This document shows positions 33,584 to 44,930 of a stretch of 64,000 bases of DNA, piece after piece. Position numbers and translations under genes: made by a program. Within the stretch, counting starts at the first letter, position 1. Every line of letters starts with the position of its first letter. Below the pieces are notes generated by a model. That model was given only the letters and a program-made list of their open reading frames with translations, did not search any database and was not told the DNA's origin. This stretch comes from Cyanidioschyzon merolae (lineage: Eukaryota): assembly GCA_000091205.1 (NCBI GenBank), contig AP006495.2; one strand, written 5' to 3'.

Positions 33584-33630
33584 TCTGCTGCTCTTGCTGC
33601 TGCTGCTGCTACTGTTGCTGTTGCTGTTGA
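33584..33630. repeat. (CTG)n/(TTG)n microsatellite
   Basis: The tract ctgctgctcttgctgctgctgctgctactgttgctgttgctgttg is in a region with no recognised gene. Confidence 0.8.
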
Positions 33631-35068
33631 TGTGCCGAGCCATGTGGGCGTTTTACGACGCAAGCACAAGCGCCGAATCTCTGAGGCCGCTCTACGATTT
33701 CTCTGGGTGCGTCCCGTGTACTCAAGAAAACCGATATGTCGACACGGCGGATGCAGAAAGCGTCATTTAGAGCGAGCGACAGTCTCCCAAGGCGTGGCTC
33801 TAGTTCCAGCTGCTCCAAGCATCGCAGTGCACCATCATTGAACCCAAAACACTGCTTCGTTTGGTAAAAATCGCGGTAAAGGATGCCCACCCGTTCGAGC
33901 ATGCGTTCTCGATACCTGCAATGCTCACGACGACGTGTAAACGGGCCAGGTTTTGACATCGAGAGCACTGGGCGTATCCGATACCGGATGCTGCGCGGAC
34001 ACGGGGATCATTTGCGGGTTGAGCGCTTGTTTACCTGGAGACACAAGCGCTCAACCCGCAACAAAGCAGCTATGCAGCCCGCGATGGCAGCGTCTTCAAG
34101 AGGGAACCGAGTCGGTCCACGGCAGCGCTCGTGAATCTGTCATCAGATTCCTTGAAGGCAGAGCGTGGGCGCCAGTTTCGTGCGAGCTTGGGGCAAGTTC
34201 GGTCATCGGTATCACGGACTCGAACTGCACCATGGACTGCACAGACGAGGACTCGCTTTTCGTTTACGAACAGGTCTCGTGAGCACTGCCGTTCCCCACA
34301 GCGGGTCACGACACCTAGGTCTTGACGATGCGCCTTCTGGCTCGAGTTGCGCTCAGTGTGAGGGGCGTCTCACGGAAGGTCCAGACCAACCGTATCTCAG
34401 ACACGTGCAGCAACAGTCGCAGCAGGAACAGCAGTGGCAGTGCACCCGGGGGACCGCTCGTGACAGGGTATCATGTGAGACGCTCACGAGTGCATGCACC
34501 TCAGCGCTGCTGTGCGTCGATACCAGGTGAACGCTTTCGAGCCAGTTCGCATCCATCCATAAACTAGGCGGCTCCGAAGTTTCGATGCTTCTAATCCTTC
34601 ACTGTACTGAGAAATGCACCAGGCGGATAACGCAGTGCCAGCCGAGTGAAGGCGCTAGCGGAAGAAGTGCAGCAGCAGCAGCAACCCAGCCTGTCCTTGT
34701 TCGGGTCTGGTGTACGGCGCTCTCGAAACAAGCGATACATGGCGAAAGCGGAAGCAGTCCAGCACCGTTTCCGACCGTCCGGTATCGTATGCAGTTCGCG
34801 GGGTGAAAAGTTCATGTGCGGAACAAGGCAATCCATAGGGGTATCGGAATCGTGTGTGAAGCACCGACAACCAGGAACGATTGTGTGTTGCGGAATGCAC
34901 GTAGCGACGCTGTGCTCTGAAACACACCTACCACGCCTCGGGTACTCAGACCTATCCGGAACACAGCTGTTGCTTCAGAGATCAGCCGGAGTACACAAGA
35001 TCCATCTCAGGGCACAGGCTAAAGTCTCCGGTGTGGTACGTGCAATCCAACCCGTTCGCCGATACGCT

Positions 35069-35437
35069 TCAGCGGATCATCTCCGAGTGCGGAGGAAGCG
35101 AGCGCTCACACAACTCCGGCGGTGGGGGAACGTTGCGCTGGTACGTGCAGCCGCCTGGTAAATACGGTGCGGTGTAGGGCTCTGGGTGCCTCATCTCTAG
35201 CAAGCGACTGAGACCCCGGTTCAACAGGATCTGGGCCTCGCGAGGACCTGCGTTTTTATTGCGCTGAAACTCGGCTTGGATCTCTCGCGATCGCTCCAGC
35301 CACAAGTCAACGTCCACGAACCAGTCGCGCGCTGTCCGCAAAGCGTGACGATAGAGGCGCGTTACTCGCTGCTGGTGGGTCAGCCCCGGGGCGAACGGAG
35401 CTGCCCGCTGAGCTGGCATCGATACCGCGGCACCCAT
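35069..35437 (-). CDS. NDUFB9: NADH dehydrogenase (ubiquinone) 1 beta subcomplex subunit 9 (NDUFB9/B22, LYR family)
   Basis: 122-aa ORF from an ATG. It has the LYR motif RVTRLYRHALRTARDW. HPEPYTAPYLPGGCTYQRNVPPPPELC aligns with the NDUFB9 HPQPYIFPDSPGGTSYERY ... VPEWC segment. Confidence 0.6.
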   Translation of the reverse strand: MGAAVSMPAQRAAPFAPGLTHQQRVTRLYRHALRTARDWFVDVDLWLERSREIQAEFQRNKNAGPREAQILLNRGLSRLLEMRHPEPYTAPYLPGGCTYQRNVPPPPELCERSLPPHSEMIR

Positions 35438-35536
35438 GTGCCAGTGCAGTCTCAGCGAATGTGCAGCAGATTCCCTGGTATACGCCAGCGTCTACACTTG
35501 CCCGAAGTGTTGATGCGGAAACAACCAGGTAGACTC

Positions 35537-35557
35537 CACACACACACACACACACAC
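35537..35557. repeat. (CA)n microsatellite
   Basis: The tract cacacacacacacacacacac lies just upstream of NDUFB9. Confidence 0.8.
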
Positions 35558-35676
35558 TGGGCCGTCAGTACGTAACAACCGTTTCTCGAGGAAGCTTGCC
35601 GGCGAGTCCCGAGCAGCGCCTGCCCCCAAGGTGGCGCTCTTGGGGCAGCTAGCGACTAGAGCTATCAAATGATTAC

Positions 35677-36050
35677 GGACGGAACAGAGCGTTCAGTGAT
35701 CGCAGCATGAATATGTCCATAAGATTCCATAAGATTCAGAAATATCCAAGAGCGTAGAAGAGACTCGAAGGCCAGCATCGGATACGGAGCGTTCAGTGAT
35801 CGTAGCATGAATGTGTCCATAATATTCCATAAGATTCAGAAATATACAAGAGCGTAGAAGAGACTCGAAGGCCAGCATCGGATACGGAGCGTTCAGTGAC
35901 TGCAGCATGAATGTGTCCACGTTGGTACATAAGATTCAGAAATATACAAGAGCGTAGAAGAGACTCGAAGGCCAGCATCGGATACGGAGCGTTCAGTGAT
36001 CGCAGCATGAATATGTCTATAGTATTCCATAAGATTCAGAAATATACAGG
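35677..36050. repeat. tandem repeat, ~100-110-bp unit x3.7
   Basis: The unit gagcgttcagtgatcgcagcatgaatatgtccataagattccataagattcagaaatatacaagagcgtagaagagactcgaaggccagcatcggatacg begins at 35681, 35791, 35891 and 35991. The first copy has an internal 10-bp duplication. Confidence 0.85.
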
Positions 36051-36410
36051 ATGCATGGGTACTCCTCAGGGGTCAGCCGCGCGCTGGGAACCCAGCGTCA
36101 CTGCAGCGAGAATCCTCATGCATGCGGAATCGTTCCATCGATCAGCGCCTTTATAGCACCCATGACCGAGAATGCCTCATGTTTGACGTTTGCCGGACCT
36201 GAGCGCTTCAGAGACGGCAGGTCGCAAATACCGCCGCGGACGCCAGCACGTTCGAGTCATTAGAAGAATGCTCCCGCCCCGTGCGCCGCCCGTAACATAC
36301 CTGGAACCCCATCGCAGCTACGCAGCAGGTATTCAAAACAGAGAAGCCAATCGCCGGCGAGTGCAAGTTAGTGGCGCCCCAAAAACATCTCAGTCGTAGT
36401 AGCAAATAGC

Positions 36411-38072
36411 CTAACAGTGTGGACGAACCTGCAGCTCGTGCTGGAGCTCCGGCAGCCACCACTCCCGATCTGGATGCATCAGACGCTCCACGACAAAGCT
36501 CCAGTTTCGAGGTTGCGCCCAGCGCTCGCCGAAAAATGCACGCGGCATTGCGTGTCGACTTCGCCTCCACATGGGACGATTTGCCTTGCTAATGCGCTGT
36601 GGAGATGAACGCCCACTCCCAGGGACAGCACTGTTTTCGCCCCGCAGGCAAACATATTCCGGCCAGTACAGCGCGCCCGGAGGCTCGCCGACCGTCCGCA
36701 GTTGCCAAGGCGCCTGAACGAGGCTGCACGGCAAAGGCGCCGCCTCCGGATCGCTGTAATTTGATGGAAACTGCGGTGGTACCAGAACAGTGCTGTGTAC
36801 GGGCATCAGTCGAGCGACAAGCTGCGAGAAAGCGCTGCGAGACCCCACGAAGATATCTGCGCTCGTCATCTCGATCAGGGCGTCAATAGTAGTCATGTCC
36901 AGATGCTGCGTGATCTTGGCACCAGGAAAGCGCTCATACAACCACTGCTTAAGCCGGCTTGGATAACCATCCATGTCCACCAGCGGTGACTCGGAGAAAA
37001 TGCGAATACGAAGGAGGTGCGGAGCGCAAAAGACGGGTCCAGCGCGGTGGCAGTGAGCCTTGAATGCCGCGTCTGCAGCCGCCACATACCATGAATCAGG
37101 GAGGTTTCGTCGCAAGCCAGCTTCCACGTAGGCATTCGGCTTGTACATGGGATACCGCGGAACCTGGTCACCCCGTCGGACGTGAAGTGCGATGCTTACG
37201 GTACGCGAAAGTTCCGCAAAGTCGTCTGCATTCTGGTTTCGACGGCTTTCCATGAAGACTGCTCGCTGGCGCTGGAAGACGCTGCGCCACCACGAGGCCG
37301 TACACGCCCAGGAAGACGCCAACGCTCCACCAGGACTGAAAACAGCCTCGAACTGGAAAAAGAGTGCTCGTGTGCGGAGTGTGGGTTGGCGCTCCACAGC
37401 ACTCCGCCAATGTTGCAGGAGCGCGAGCAGTTCTCGCTCGTCTCTGTGCTTCAGAGTCGATGCAGTGATGCGAATTGCTATATGATCTGATGGGACTGCA
37501 GTTCGTGGCGTTGTGTAAAGCGACAAATTGAAAAACGCTTCAGCTTTGTCGCCGATACCGTGTCCAAGGCCGCGCATCGCCTCTGGGTCGTAGACGTGAC
37601 GCAAACCGAGCCGCTGAGCCAAATGGACGATACGGTTCATGGCGGAGATTGTATGTCCGAGTCCAGCCCTGGAGCAACATCCAGTAAGCGCGATGTAATC
37701 ATCTACGGAGCGCTTACATCCCAGCGGTACTCGAGCGCACCCGTCGAACTGCCTTGGCAATCGCAGGTCAGACGAGACGTTCCGAAAGGCGCGGGGCAGC
37801 CCATGGAGGACGCTCTGTGGCAACAGAAGCAGCAGGAGCCACAGCGACAGTAGCAGGAGTAGCAACTCTGCGACGCGGCGGTGTCTTCCTTGAAAGGAAC
37901 TGAACCAGAGAGCGTGTAGAACAGGTTGCAGGGTGCTTCCGAGGCCGCGGCTGCTGGACAGGTAGCGCCGCATCCGGCGGACCGCCTGTCTCGCGTCAGA
38001 GAGTGCTGTTGAGGTCGTAAGGTGCCGGCTCGTGCCATGGAAAACTGCGAGTTTTGGCCTCAACGCCTGCAT
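36411..38072 (-). CDS. putative type-II membrane glycosyltransferase, fucosyltransferase-like (HVRRGD motif)
   Basis: The track ORF starts at a TTG (about 38132), and the first ATG is at about 38072. It has a poly-Leu signal-anchor (LLLLLLSLWLLLLLL). The catalytic domain has HVRRGDQVPRY (the HxRRGD motif of GT11/GT23/O-FucT fucosyltransferases) and a C-terminal VGSRSAFSQLVARL motif. The exact start is uncertain. Confidence 0.45.
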   Translation of the reverse strand: MQALRPKLAVFHGTSRHLTTSTALSDARQAVRRMRRYLSSSRGLGSTLQPVLHALWFSSFQGRHRRVAELLLLLLSLWLLLLLLPQSVLHGLPRAFRNVSSDLRLPRQFDGCARVPLGCKRSVDDYIALTGCCSRAGLGHTISAMNRIVHLAQRLGLRHVYDPEAMRGLGHGIGDKAEAFFNLSLYTTPRTAVPSDHIAIRITASTLKHRDERELLALLQHWRSAVERQPTLRTRALFFQFEAVFSPGGALASSWACTASWWRSVFQRQRAVFMESRRNQNADDFAELSRTVSIALHVRRGDQVPRYPMYKPNAYVEAGLRRNLPDSWYVAAADAAFKAHCHRAGPVFCAPHLLRIRIFSESPLVDMDGYPSRLKQWLYERFPGAKITQHLDMTTIDALIEMTSADIFVGSRSAFSQLVARLMPVHSTVLVPPQFPSNYSDPEAAPLPCSLVQAPWQLRTVGEPPGALYWPEYVCLRGENSAVPGSGRSSPQRISKANRPMWRRSRHAMPRAFFGERWAQPRNWSFVVERLMHPDREWWLPELQHELQVRPHC

Positions 38073-39099
38073 AAGGCTTTCGTGGCCACCTTGGGACAAG
38101 TGCTCCAAGACATCGACGAACGCTGCGGTCAACGGCGATACGCTTGTTCATCTGTCAGATACTCGGCACTGGGTGCAACGCAATTCGCGTTTGTGCCAGA
38201 ACGATGGCCCGCTGACCGCACCTATCGACAGCAACCAAAGAATAAGTGTTTTATCGATTACTTGCGGGCAAGAAGACTGGTCTATCGGGGGCCGGAACTC
38301 AGAGGACTATGCACACCTGCATGGTGCCGGTTGTGACACGGTTTGCACGACGCAGCGAGAACCTGATTACATGGCTGAATATGATGATTCCAGAAAACTA
38401 GTGGTTTTATTCGAAGCAGGCCGGGCGTTAGGTGTATGTCAGGGCTAAACGCGAGAAACAGCGGTGTGGCTTTGGCCGGAGACCTCGCACCGCTGGGCAG
38501 CATCTGCCAGCGTCCTCCATACCACGAGGTCGGCGAATGCCTCAGCTTGTCCATCTACCAAGGAGCACGCGCGAAACCGATACAATTGTTTGGATACTGT
38601 TGGATTACCGCGTTGAATCAGGGATGCCCGAATACACGTTGTCTATTCGCATTCAGGGAAAGATCCGTACCCGTTAGGGTAGCAGCGTCTAAAAGAATGC
38701 GCACGAACGCGGGCCCGAACGGCACCAGGCGAATCGCTGCACTGTAGCTACCGTTGCACTGAGAAGCACGACTCTAAGCGATAAGGTAGGCATGAGTGGA
38801 TATCCAGGTACTGAGGTCTCTTTCGTGATTCGTTGGAAGCACTTTTGCATCCAAGGGATTCTGGTCATAGACATCGAGATCAATTTTGTGAGACCCTTGC
38901 TGTGATGTATAGCGGACTATCGAAATCACGATGCATTATACCGGATAGCAGGTAAACGTATTATATGTATGTTATTTTGTGTTGAGCAGCTCAAGAAGGC
39001 CGGTATTCCTTCTTGAGGTCAGTCATTACACAGTACTCAGTTGGTTGAGGACTACCAAATGAAACAAATATATGCGCTTCGCGCCAAAAGCCGCTATTG

Positions 39100-39810
39100 T
39101 CAACGTGTGCTTGGAGCTCATGGTACAGAAACAACCGTTAACCACTTTACGGAAACCGCAAGCGGCAGTAGCAGCCGCTAGGAGCGTCTCTGTTTCTCAC
39201 CAGCTTGTTCGTGTGGTCCTGAAAACACTGGGAAACAGTCGGAAAAAATGAGACCTAGTTCACGCACGACCATTTTCCACCGAAATCACAACGACAGCGT
39301 TCTTTCAACATCGCCATCGCATAAAGCACAGGGACATCAGTTCTTTTCAGTCGATGGGAATTCCCTGGGACGAAACGATCGGATCGTATACGAGTATTCG
39401 AGGTATTGGGAGCTCGGTGTATGTACGATCGAACTCGATGAGAACGAGGACCTTATCTATTCTAGAAACAGTGGATTCATTTGGCAGCCTCAGTTTCGCG
39501 CGTAGGGAAGGCGCATACCACAGCATTCACTTTGCCGAATCATCGTGGACTGTTTCTTGACGCCTGGCGACATCCCTCTATTGGAAAAAGTGGCCTTGCA
39601 CCATTCCCCTTTTGTTGGAGCTGTTGCCGATTCTATCGACAAAGAGCTGCTTTTCATTCCTCCATAGTCTGTATGTGTCTCACCGATTGAGGGAGTGCTT
39701 CTCATCGCGAAACGTAATGATCGCTCGACCGAGCGAATTCTTTCATTTAACAAAACATTTGCATTGATCAGGGATTCCAGACTGCGTGAATGGATATTGG
39801 CATTCGGCAA
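39100..39810 (+). mobile_element. degenerate Tc1/mariner-like transposase remnant, copy 2 (inverted relative to copy 1)
   Basis: The plus strand encodes SVSVSHQLVRVVLKTLGNSRKK followed by a stop. It then encodes SIRGIGSSVYVRSNSMRTRTLSILETVDSFGSLSF, matching copy 1 at 15400-16110. The opposite strand gives DYGGMKSSSLSIESATAPT, matching YGAYEGMKSSPSLVESAKAQT in copy 1. The copy also contains a GGGAATTCCC palindrome at 39356. Confidence 0.45.
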
Positions 39811-40492
39811 TGCGTCCGTCTTGATGCACCCTGCCTTCAAGCTCCATAACCCTTCCTTCTTCTCGGATATCGTGGTCGTTACGTATATTCTGTCGTGTGC
39901 TGCGTGACTGCCTTGCTACACCCGCAATAAGAGTTATACCACTGGAGCAGATGCAACGCGGAGACAGAACGTCTGTGCCGTACCACTGAGGCTGTCGGCT
40001 CGAGGCGAGGTTCACTAGTCTCGGAATCGGGCCTCGACATCATTCTGGGGGCCTACAACCCGTACAGACAAGACTACTGCCTGCGGAGGCGCGAAGCGAT
40101 ATCCTACGATACTAGAACGACCAGGTCAACGCTCAGAAGGCGCCTACCTGCTTCGAGTCCCAGAATAAATTGCATTGCGGACAAGCTGCTCAGGTGTCAC
40201 GGCAACAGTAGGCCCGGGGAGAGCTTGAAGTATTAGCCCAGCAGATTCGTAAAGTCCGCGGGACCTGTCGCCTGGAAGGTAAACTTTCGACAATATGGAA
40301 ACCTTTTCCCGCTTTTGACGTTTATCATAGAGGAGGAAAGAAACCATTATCTCGTAGCTACCTAATGGTTCATTTCTCTCTCCCGTGCTAAGCTGCGCGA
40401 TGATCGTGCGCGATACAAGTTGACGAGGCCGCGCTCAACGTCTGCCCAGTGTCGTCGATTGTTGGAAAAAGCGTTCTTTGAACGGGTCCGCT

Positions 40493-40521
40493 GTGTGTGT
40501 GTGTGGGTGTGTGTGGGTGTG
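40493..40521. repeat. (GT)n microsatellite
   Basis: The tract tgtgtgtgtgtgtgggtgtgtgtgggtgt lies upstream of the NDUFS1-like gene. Confidence 0.8.
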
Positions 40522-40962
40522 CTGCCTAGACCCGTGTCTTTGTGACCTGATAAAGCACTGCGTGCAGTGTTGGAAACAGCTCAAGCTCGCTCGGTTCGAA
40601 GGAGCGATAGGCTGTGACTGCTGTGCAATTTCGCGACTCGGGCTACCGGACTGGAGTGAGGCCCAAGTCGACGACCGTGCGTGCGCGCTTTTCGGACAGC
40701 GCAGCTGTTTCGGATTCTCCCAGCGCTCTCGCGTGGTGCTCGGGGTGTCAGTCACCGGCGACGTCGCTCACAAACACGCTCTGATCAGCTGACTCGTCAG
40801 GCACTGCATCAAGGAGAGGCAGTCTCGGTTCTGGAGTCTTGAGTGTCGATTTGCTCCACCTACCTTCGCGGACTGGACGGGAGGCACCGTGCATTGTATA
40901 GCGCGGCACCGAACGATAAGCTGACGTTTCCCTTGAGCAAGATTTGGGTGAGACGGCCAAGC

Positions 40963-42660
40963 ATGCCGGCGCTGGCTCGGACAGTGCTTCGCACGGCGTT
41001 GTCGAAGGTTCTCCACCTGCATCGAGAGCGTCCGCTGCAGCACTGCCGCCGTTTCGGCGCACTAACCTCGAAACCGTACGCGTTTCGTGCTCGACCCTGG
41101 GAACTGAAAAGCACCGAATCGATCGATGTATTCGACGGTGTTGGTTCGAACATTCGCATTGATGCGGTTGGTACGGAAGTCCGTCGTATTTTACCGCGCT
41201 TGAACGAGGAGGTGAATGAAGAGTGGATCAGTGACAAGACGCGTTTCGCCTACGACGGCCTGAAACGGCAGCGCTTGACGGTTCCGATGGTGCGGATACA
41301 CACTGGTGAAGCGAACGAACAACTTGTCGGTGTGGACTGGTACAAAGCAAGGGCTATCCTAGTCAACAAGCTGGTGTCGGCCATTCGGGAGGCCGCCACC
41401 CCAGCAACAACTCAGCGATCTGCGTTCGAGGCCCATGCCATTATCGGGCCCTATGCAGATTGCGAAAGCATAGCAGCGCTACGGCGCATCTTTTACAGCA
41501 TGTTTCCTGAGGGTACCGCTTTTGTCCATGTTCAGGGACACGCGAATACGGGTACACCGCCGACGGACTTTCGCTACGCCTACTGTGCGAATACAACGCT
41601 AGCTGGTTTGGAACACGCCGATGTCATCCTTCTGGTGGCAACGAACCCGCGAGTGGAGGCGCCGCTCCTGAATAATCGTATCCGGAAAGCGGTCTTATTT
41701 GGGAATGCTCGAGTTGGCCTGATCGGCTGCCATGCCGACCTAACGTACAATCGTGAACACCTCTGGCATCTCGGGACCAGTCCCGCAACGCTTCTGCGGA
41801 TCGCCCAAGGTCGTCATGCTTTTTGCTCTGTTTTGGCCAAAGCGCAGCGACCGGCGATTATCGTGAGCCAACAGGCGTTCCAGAGACATGACGGGGCGGC
41901 TATTTTTGGCTGCCTCGCAACGTTGGTGGACCACGTCCCGCGACTTGTGCCCCGGGATGGCTCGTGGAATGGCCTGAACGTACTTCACACTGCCGCGAAT
42001 ACCGTTGGGGCGCTCGACCTTGGCTTTGATCATACGCTGAAAGGAAACCGCTGGATTGATCAGTCCGGGGCGCAACAAACCAGCGAACAGCCCTGGGCGC
42101 GTGCCAAGCTGCTCTATCTGCTGGGTGCCGATGATATCGATGGACTCGAGGAGCTCCCCGAGACCTGCTACGTGGTGTATCAGGGGCATCACGGAGACTA
42201 TGGAGCAAGCATCGCTGACCTGATCCTACCCGGTGCTGCGTATACCGAGAAGAACGGCACGTTTGTGAACACAGAGGGTCGTGTCCAGCGCACGGCACGC
42301 GCGTTCCTGCCTCCTGGCCAGGCCAAAGTCGACGCGGAAATTCTCGATGAGCTCTTGGTAGGTCTGGATCACGCTGCCGGATTTTTCGATGCAGCACAGG
42401 AAATGGAATTCCTGGCTCCTCATCTGGGTGTCCAGTATGGTTTACAGGAACCGGATCTCATTAGAACACCAAACACGGGACAGGTGCAGCTAGGCGGTGC
42501 GAAAGCAGAGCGCGCTCGTTCGTTGCCGCTGTCACCCATGCCGTTTGGACCGGTTATTGAGAATTTTTACATGACAGATCCGATTACCAGAGCGAGTGCT
42601 ACGATGGCGAAATGCGTGCGTGTTGCTCGCTATAGTAATTTTGAGGAATCCAGTTCGTAA
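40963..42660 (+). CDS. NADH-ubiquinone oxidoreductase 75-kDa subunit (NDUFS1/Nad11), C-terminal molybdopterin-oxidoreductase-like domain only, with presequence
   Basis: The track ORF begins at a GTG (40843), and the first ATG at 40963 gives MPALARTVLRTALSKVLHLHRERPLQHCRRF (Arg-rich and amphipathic, like a mitochondrial presequence). From GALTSKPYAFRARPWELKSTESIDVFDGVGSNIRIDAVGTEVRRILPRLNEEVNEEWISDKTRFAYDGLKRQRLTVPMV onward it aligns collinearly with human NDUFS1 residues ~240-727. Further matches include LLVATNPRVEAPLLNNRIRK, YQGHHGDYGASIADLILPGAAYTEKNGTFVNTEGRVQRT and FYMTDPITRASATMAKCV. No Fe-S cluster domain is encoded upstream in any frame. Confidence 0.75.
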   Translation: MPALARTVLRTALSKVLHLHRERPLQHCRRFGALTSKPYAFRARPWELKSTESIDVFDGVGSNIRIDAVGTEVRRILPRLNEEVNEEWISDKTRFAYDGLKRQRLTVPMVRIHTGEANEQLVGVDWYKARAILVNKLVSAIREAATPATTQRSAFEAHAIIGPYADCESIAALRRIFYSMFPEGTAFVHVQGHANTGTPPTDFRYAYCANTTLAGLEHADVILLVATNPRVEAPLLNNRIRKAVLFGNARVGLIGCHADLTYNREHLWHLGTSPATLLRIAQGRHAFCSVLAKAQRPAIIVSQQAFQRHDGAAIFGCLATLVDHVPRLVPRDGSWNGLNVLHTAANTVGALDLGFDHTLKGNRWIDQSGAQQTSEQPWARAKLLYLLGADDIDGLEELPETCYVVYQGHHGDYGASIADLILPGAAYTEKNGTFVNTEGRVQRTARAFLPPGQAKVDAEILDELLVGLDHAAGFFDAAQEMEFLAPHLGVQYGLQEPDLIRTPNTGQVQLGGAKAERARSLPLSPMPFGPVIENFYMTDPITRASATMAKCVRVARYSNFEESSS

Positions 42661-44930
42661 ATGCCTTTGCTCAGAGCATGACCCTAGAGTGGAGTGGGAT
42701 ACCAGTAGCAACAGCAGCAACGGCAGCAGCAACTGAAGCAGGTTTTGCGCGGGTCGTGCGCTGGTGAGCGGTTGCCCTTGCGACGACGGAACCTATGATT
42801 GCTGAACAGAGGCCCCTGGTGATACGCACACGCTTTCAACAAGAATAGCTATGCCCAGTGCTTTCCTCTTAAAGAACAGCAAGCAGCTACCGCACCCGCC
42901 GTGTAGTCCCTTAAATGATGAAAACTGTACGACTAGAGGAGCAGAAATTACCGGCTTGCGTGTAGACGAAGGTTCGTCTTGGAACGAATCAGAGCCAAGC
43001 GGCAACACAAACCCATCCACGCGTACACACACATGAACCGCCTGCACGTGTACACGCCTATCCCCAGTCCCGCAGCATCCTATGGGATATGCGCTGTTTT
43101 CATTGTGCACGAGTTGCGTATGACTCATCCGCCACGGCAAGATAAACATGAAGCAGCCATGCAAGTGCTGGTTGCAATCAATCACAAAGCTTCACACTTG
43201 GAAATGTGAATTCTCGAATGCCTGTACCAAACTGCGTTTTTCGTTTTCGTCTGTCTGTCTCGCAGGAGTCCAACAATGCGATACATGCTGCGGAGAGGCG
43301 ACAGGTCGCGAACGTAGTTTGTGCTGCAACCGCTAGCTTGCGTAAATTGCCCTGTCTGTACAAGTCCGTCATGCTATGGTAAGCAGGTGGATGAAGTGAC
43401 CGCTTTTCTCGTCGTGCTTATGCTGGACGTCGTGCTCCCAAAACAGACCCTGTCAAACGCTGGCTACTGGAGTGTGTTGTCACCATTCCATACCACTCGT
43501 TACGTTCGCTAACAAATACTATCAAAGAAGCTGCAGGATGTGAAGGTTCCGCACCGTTGAATCAGAAGGTGATGGAGAGAAGCGATTCGACAAAGAGGAC
43601 TGCAGTGTTCCAGGGGAGACCATCACGCGATCGACAAGACACCATCGATGACGTATAGACATGCGAACGCTTCTCCCAGGAGAGGCAGATGTACGTCTTT
43701 CTTTATGGGAATTCATTTGGGCGAAATCTTACACCTGTATTCTGCGCGCAATTTGAGATGGGGTAACCGCTGTTCGCAGTGTGGAAACGAGCCAGAATGA
43801 AGACAAAATCAGATCTAGCCGCGATGCTACTGTGTGGTCGTCTGCAGATCGCCAAACGGAGAGCGACATCAACCAGCACATCTTTCGTCGAAGCATTGTA
43901 CGGCTTCTGCGTGCCCCAATGCTCTGCCTTGTTCGCAGATAAGGTCGTTTTACATCACTCGACAGCGGCGCGGCAGAGCGCAGCTGAGCTTGGCATCGAG
44001 CTGTGCTGTGCGTTCCGGCTGCTTCTCCTTTGTTCCATCGAGTCGAGGATGTGTTCTCTGTTGTAAACCGCTATTTCAGCACTCACAGATCTATCGACGA
44101 GTCGTTCGCATCCGTGTCATAAATATGGTTCCAGTAGTCGTTCGTTTCTACGTTCACCGGCCCGGAACATCTCCGTTGCGTCTCTGCTCTTGCGCGGGAG
44201 GGAACGGAAGGACCCGCCTCAGCTCCTAGGCATGCTCGCGACGGAGATGCTGACAACGAGGTTCTCACGGAATCGGGTATACACAGACAGAGAAAATGCG
44301 AAATGCAGTGCCCCCGTCGGCCGAGTGCGTCTCCGTCCCCTGGGAAAATGGGTACGGAGTACGGCAACCATTTCCATGCCACCCCGACATGCGATCGAAA
44401 ACCAGAAGAAATCAACTGACGAAGAAGAGTGAAATGCTCGTGGAAATAGGACGCAGAGTGACAGGAACGAAACCGTGACCGACCAGAGAGATCTGTCTGA
44501 AACCGATGTCGAGGCCTCTCAACTGGAACATATCTATGGGGAGAATACCCCAAAATATGTGATGCAGGATGCCATGAGGGATCGTGTAGCATCCTACTCG
44601 AGGAAGGCTGGCGTAGCTTCTCTCGCGTTGACGCACCTCGTCTAGGAATTGTTCGTTCGAGTTCCGGAATCAGGGATACCCACTGTCCGCATCCCTCTGG
44701 AGTGTATCGAGCAAACCTCAGAGCGACCACACAGCTGACGCTGGGATCAGGTGATACGATACCGCTCGCTGGAACGATTCGAAGTTTGCACACGCACGAG
44801 CCCGTGTCGAGTGCACAACGTCCCGAGCCGACGCCCCCAGAGGTATGGCAAAGCCGTTCAGTCACGATGATGCATCCGCTCCAGTAGTTTCGGCACCAAG
44901 TCGGGTGCCCACGACAGGCACTCGTCGCAC

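Noticed and set aside
33198-33968. ORFs 33198-33770 (+, with a poly-Leu run) and 33609-33968 (minus, with a poly-Gln run) in the 33.3-35 kb gap
   Set aside because: The homopolymer runs are translations of the (CTG)n microsatellite at 33584-33630. The flanking sequence has no recognisable domain. This is probably non-coding intergenic DNA.
34646-35161. 171-aa plus-strand ORF overlapping NDUFB9
   Set aside because: It lies antisense to the conserved NDUFB9 reading frame and has no similarity to any family I recognise.
40843-40962. ORF-track starts at 40843 (NDUFS1-like), 12080 (S1), 30159 (OSCA-like) and 38132 (FucT-like)
   Set aside because: Reading the sequence shows these begin with GTG or TTG, which the track translates as M. 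For a eukaryotic nuclear gene I moved each start to the first in-frame ATG (40963, 12215, 30039, ~38072). The skipped segments are unconserved.
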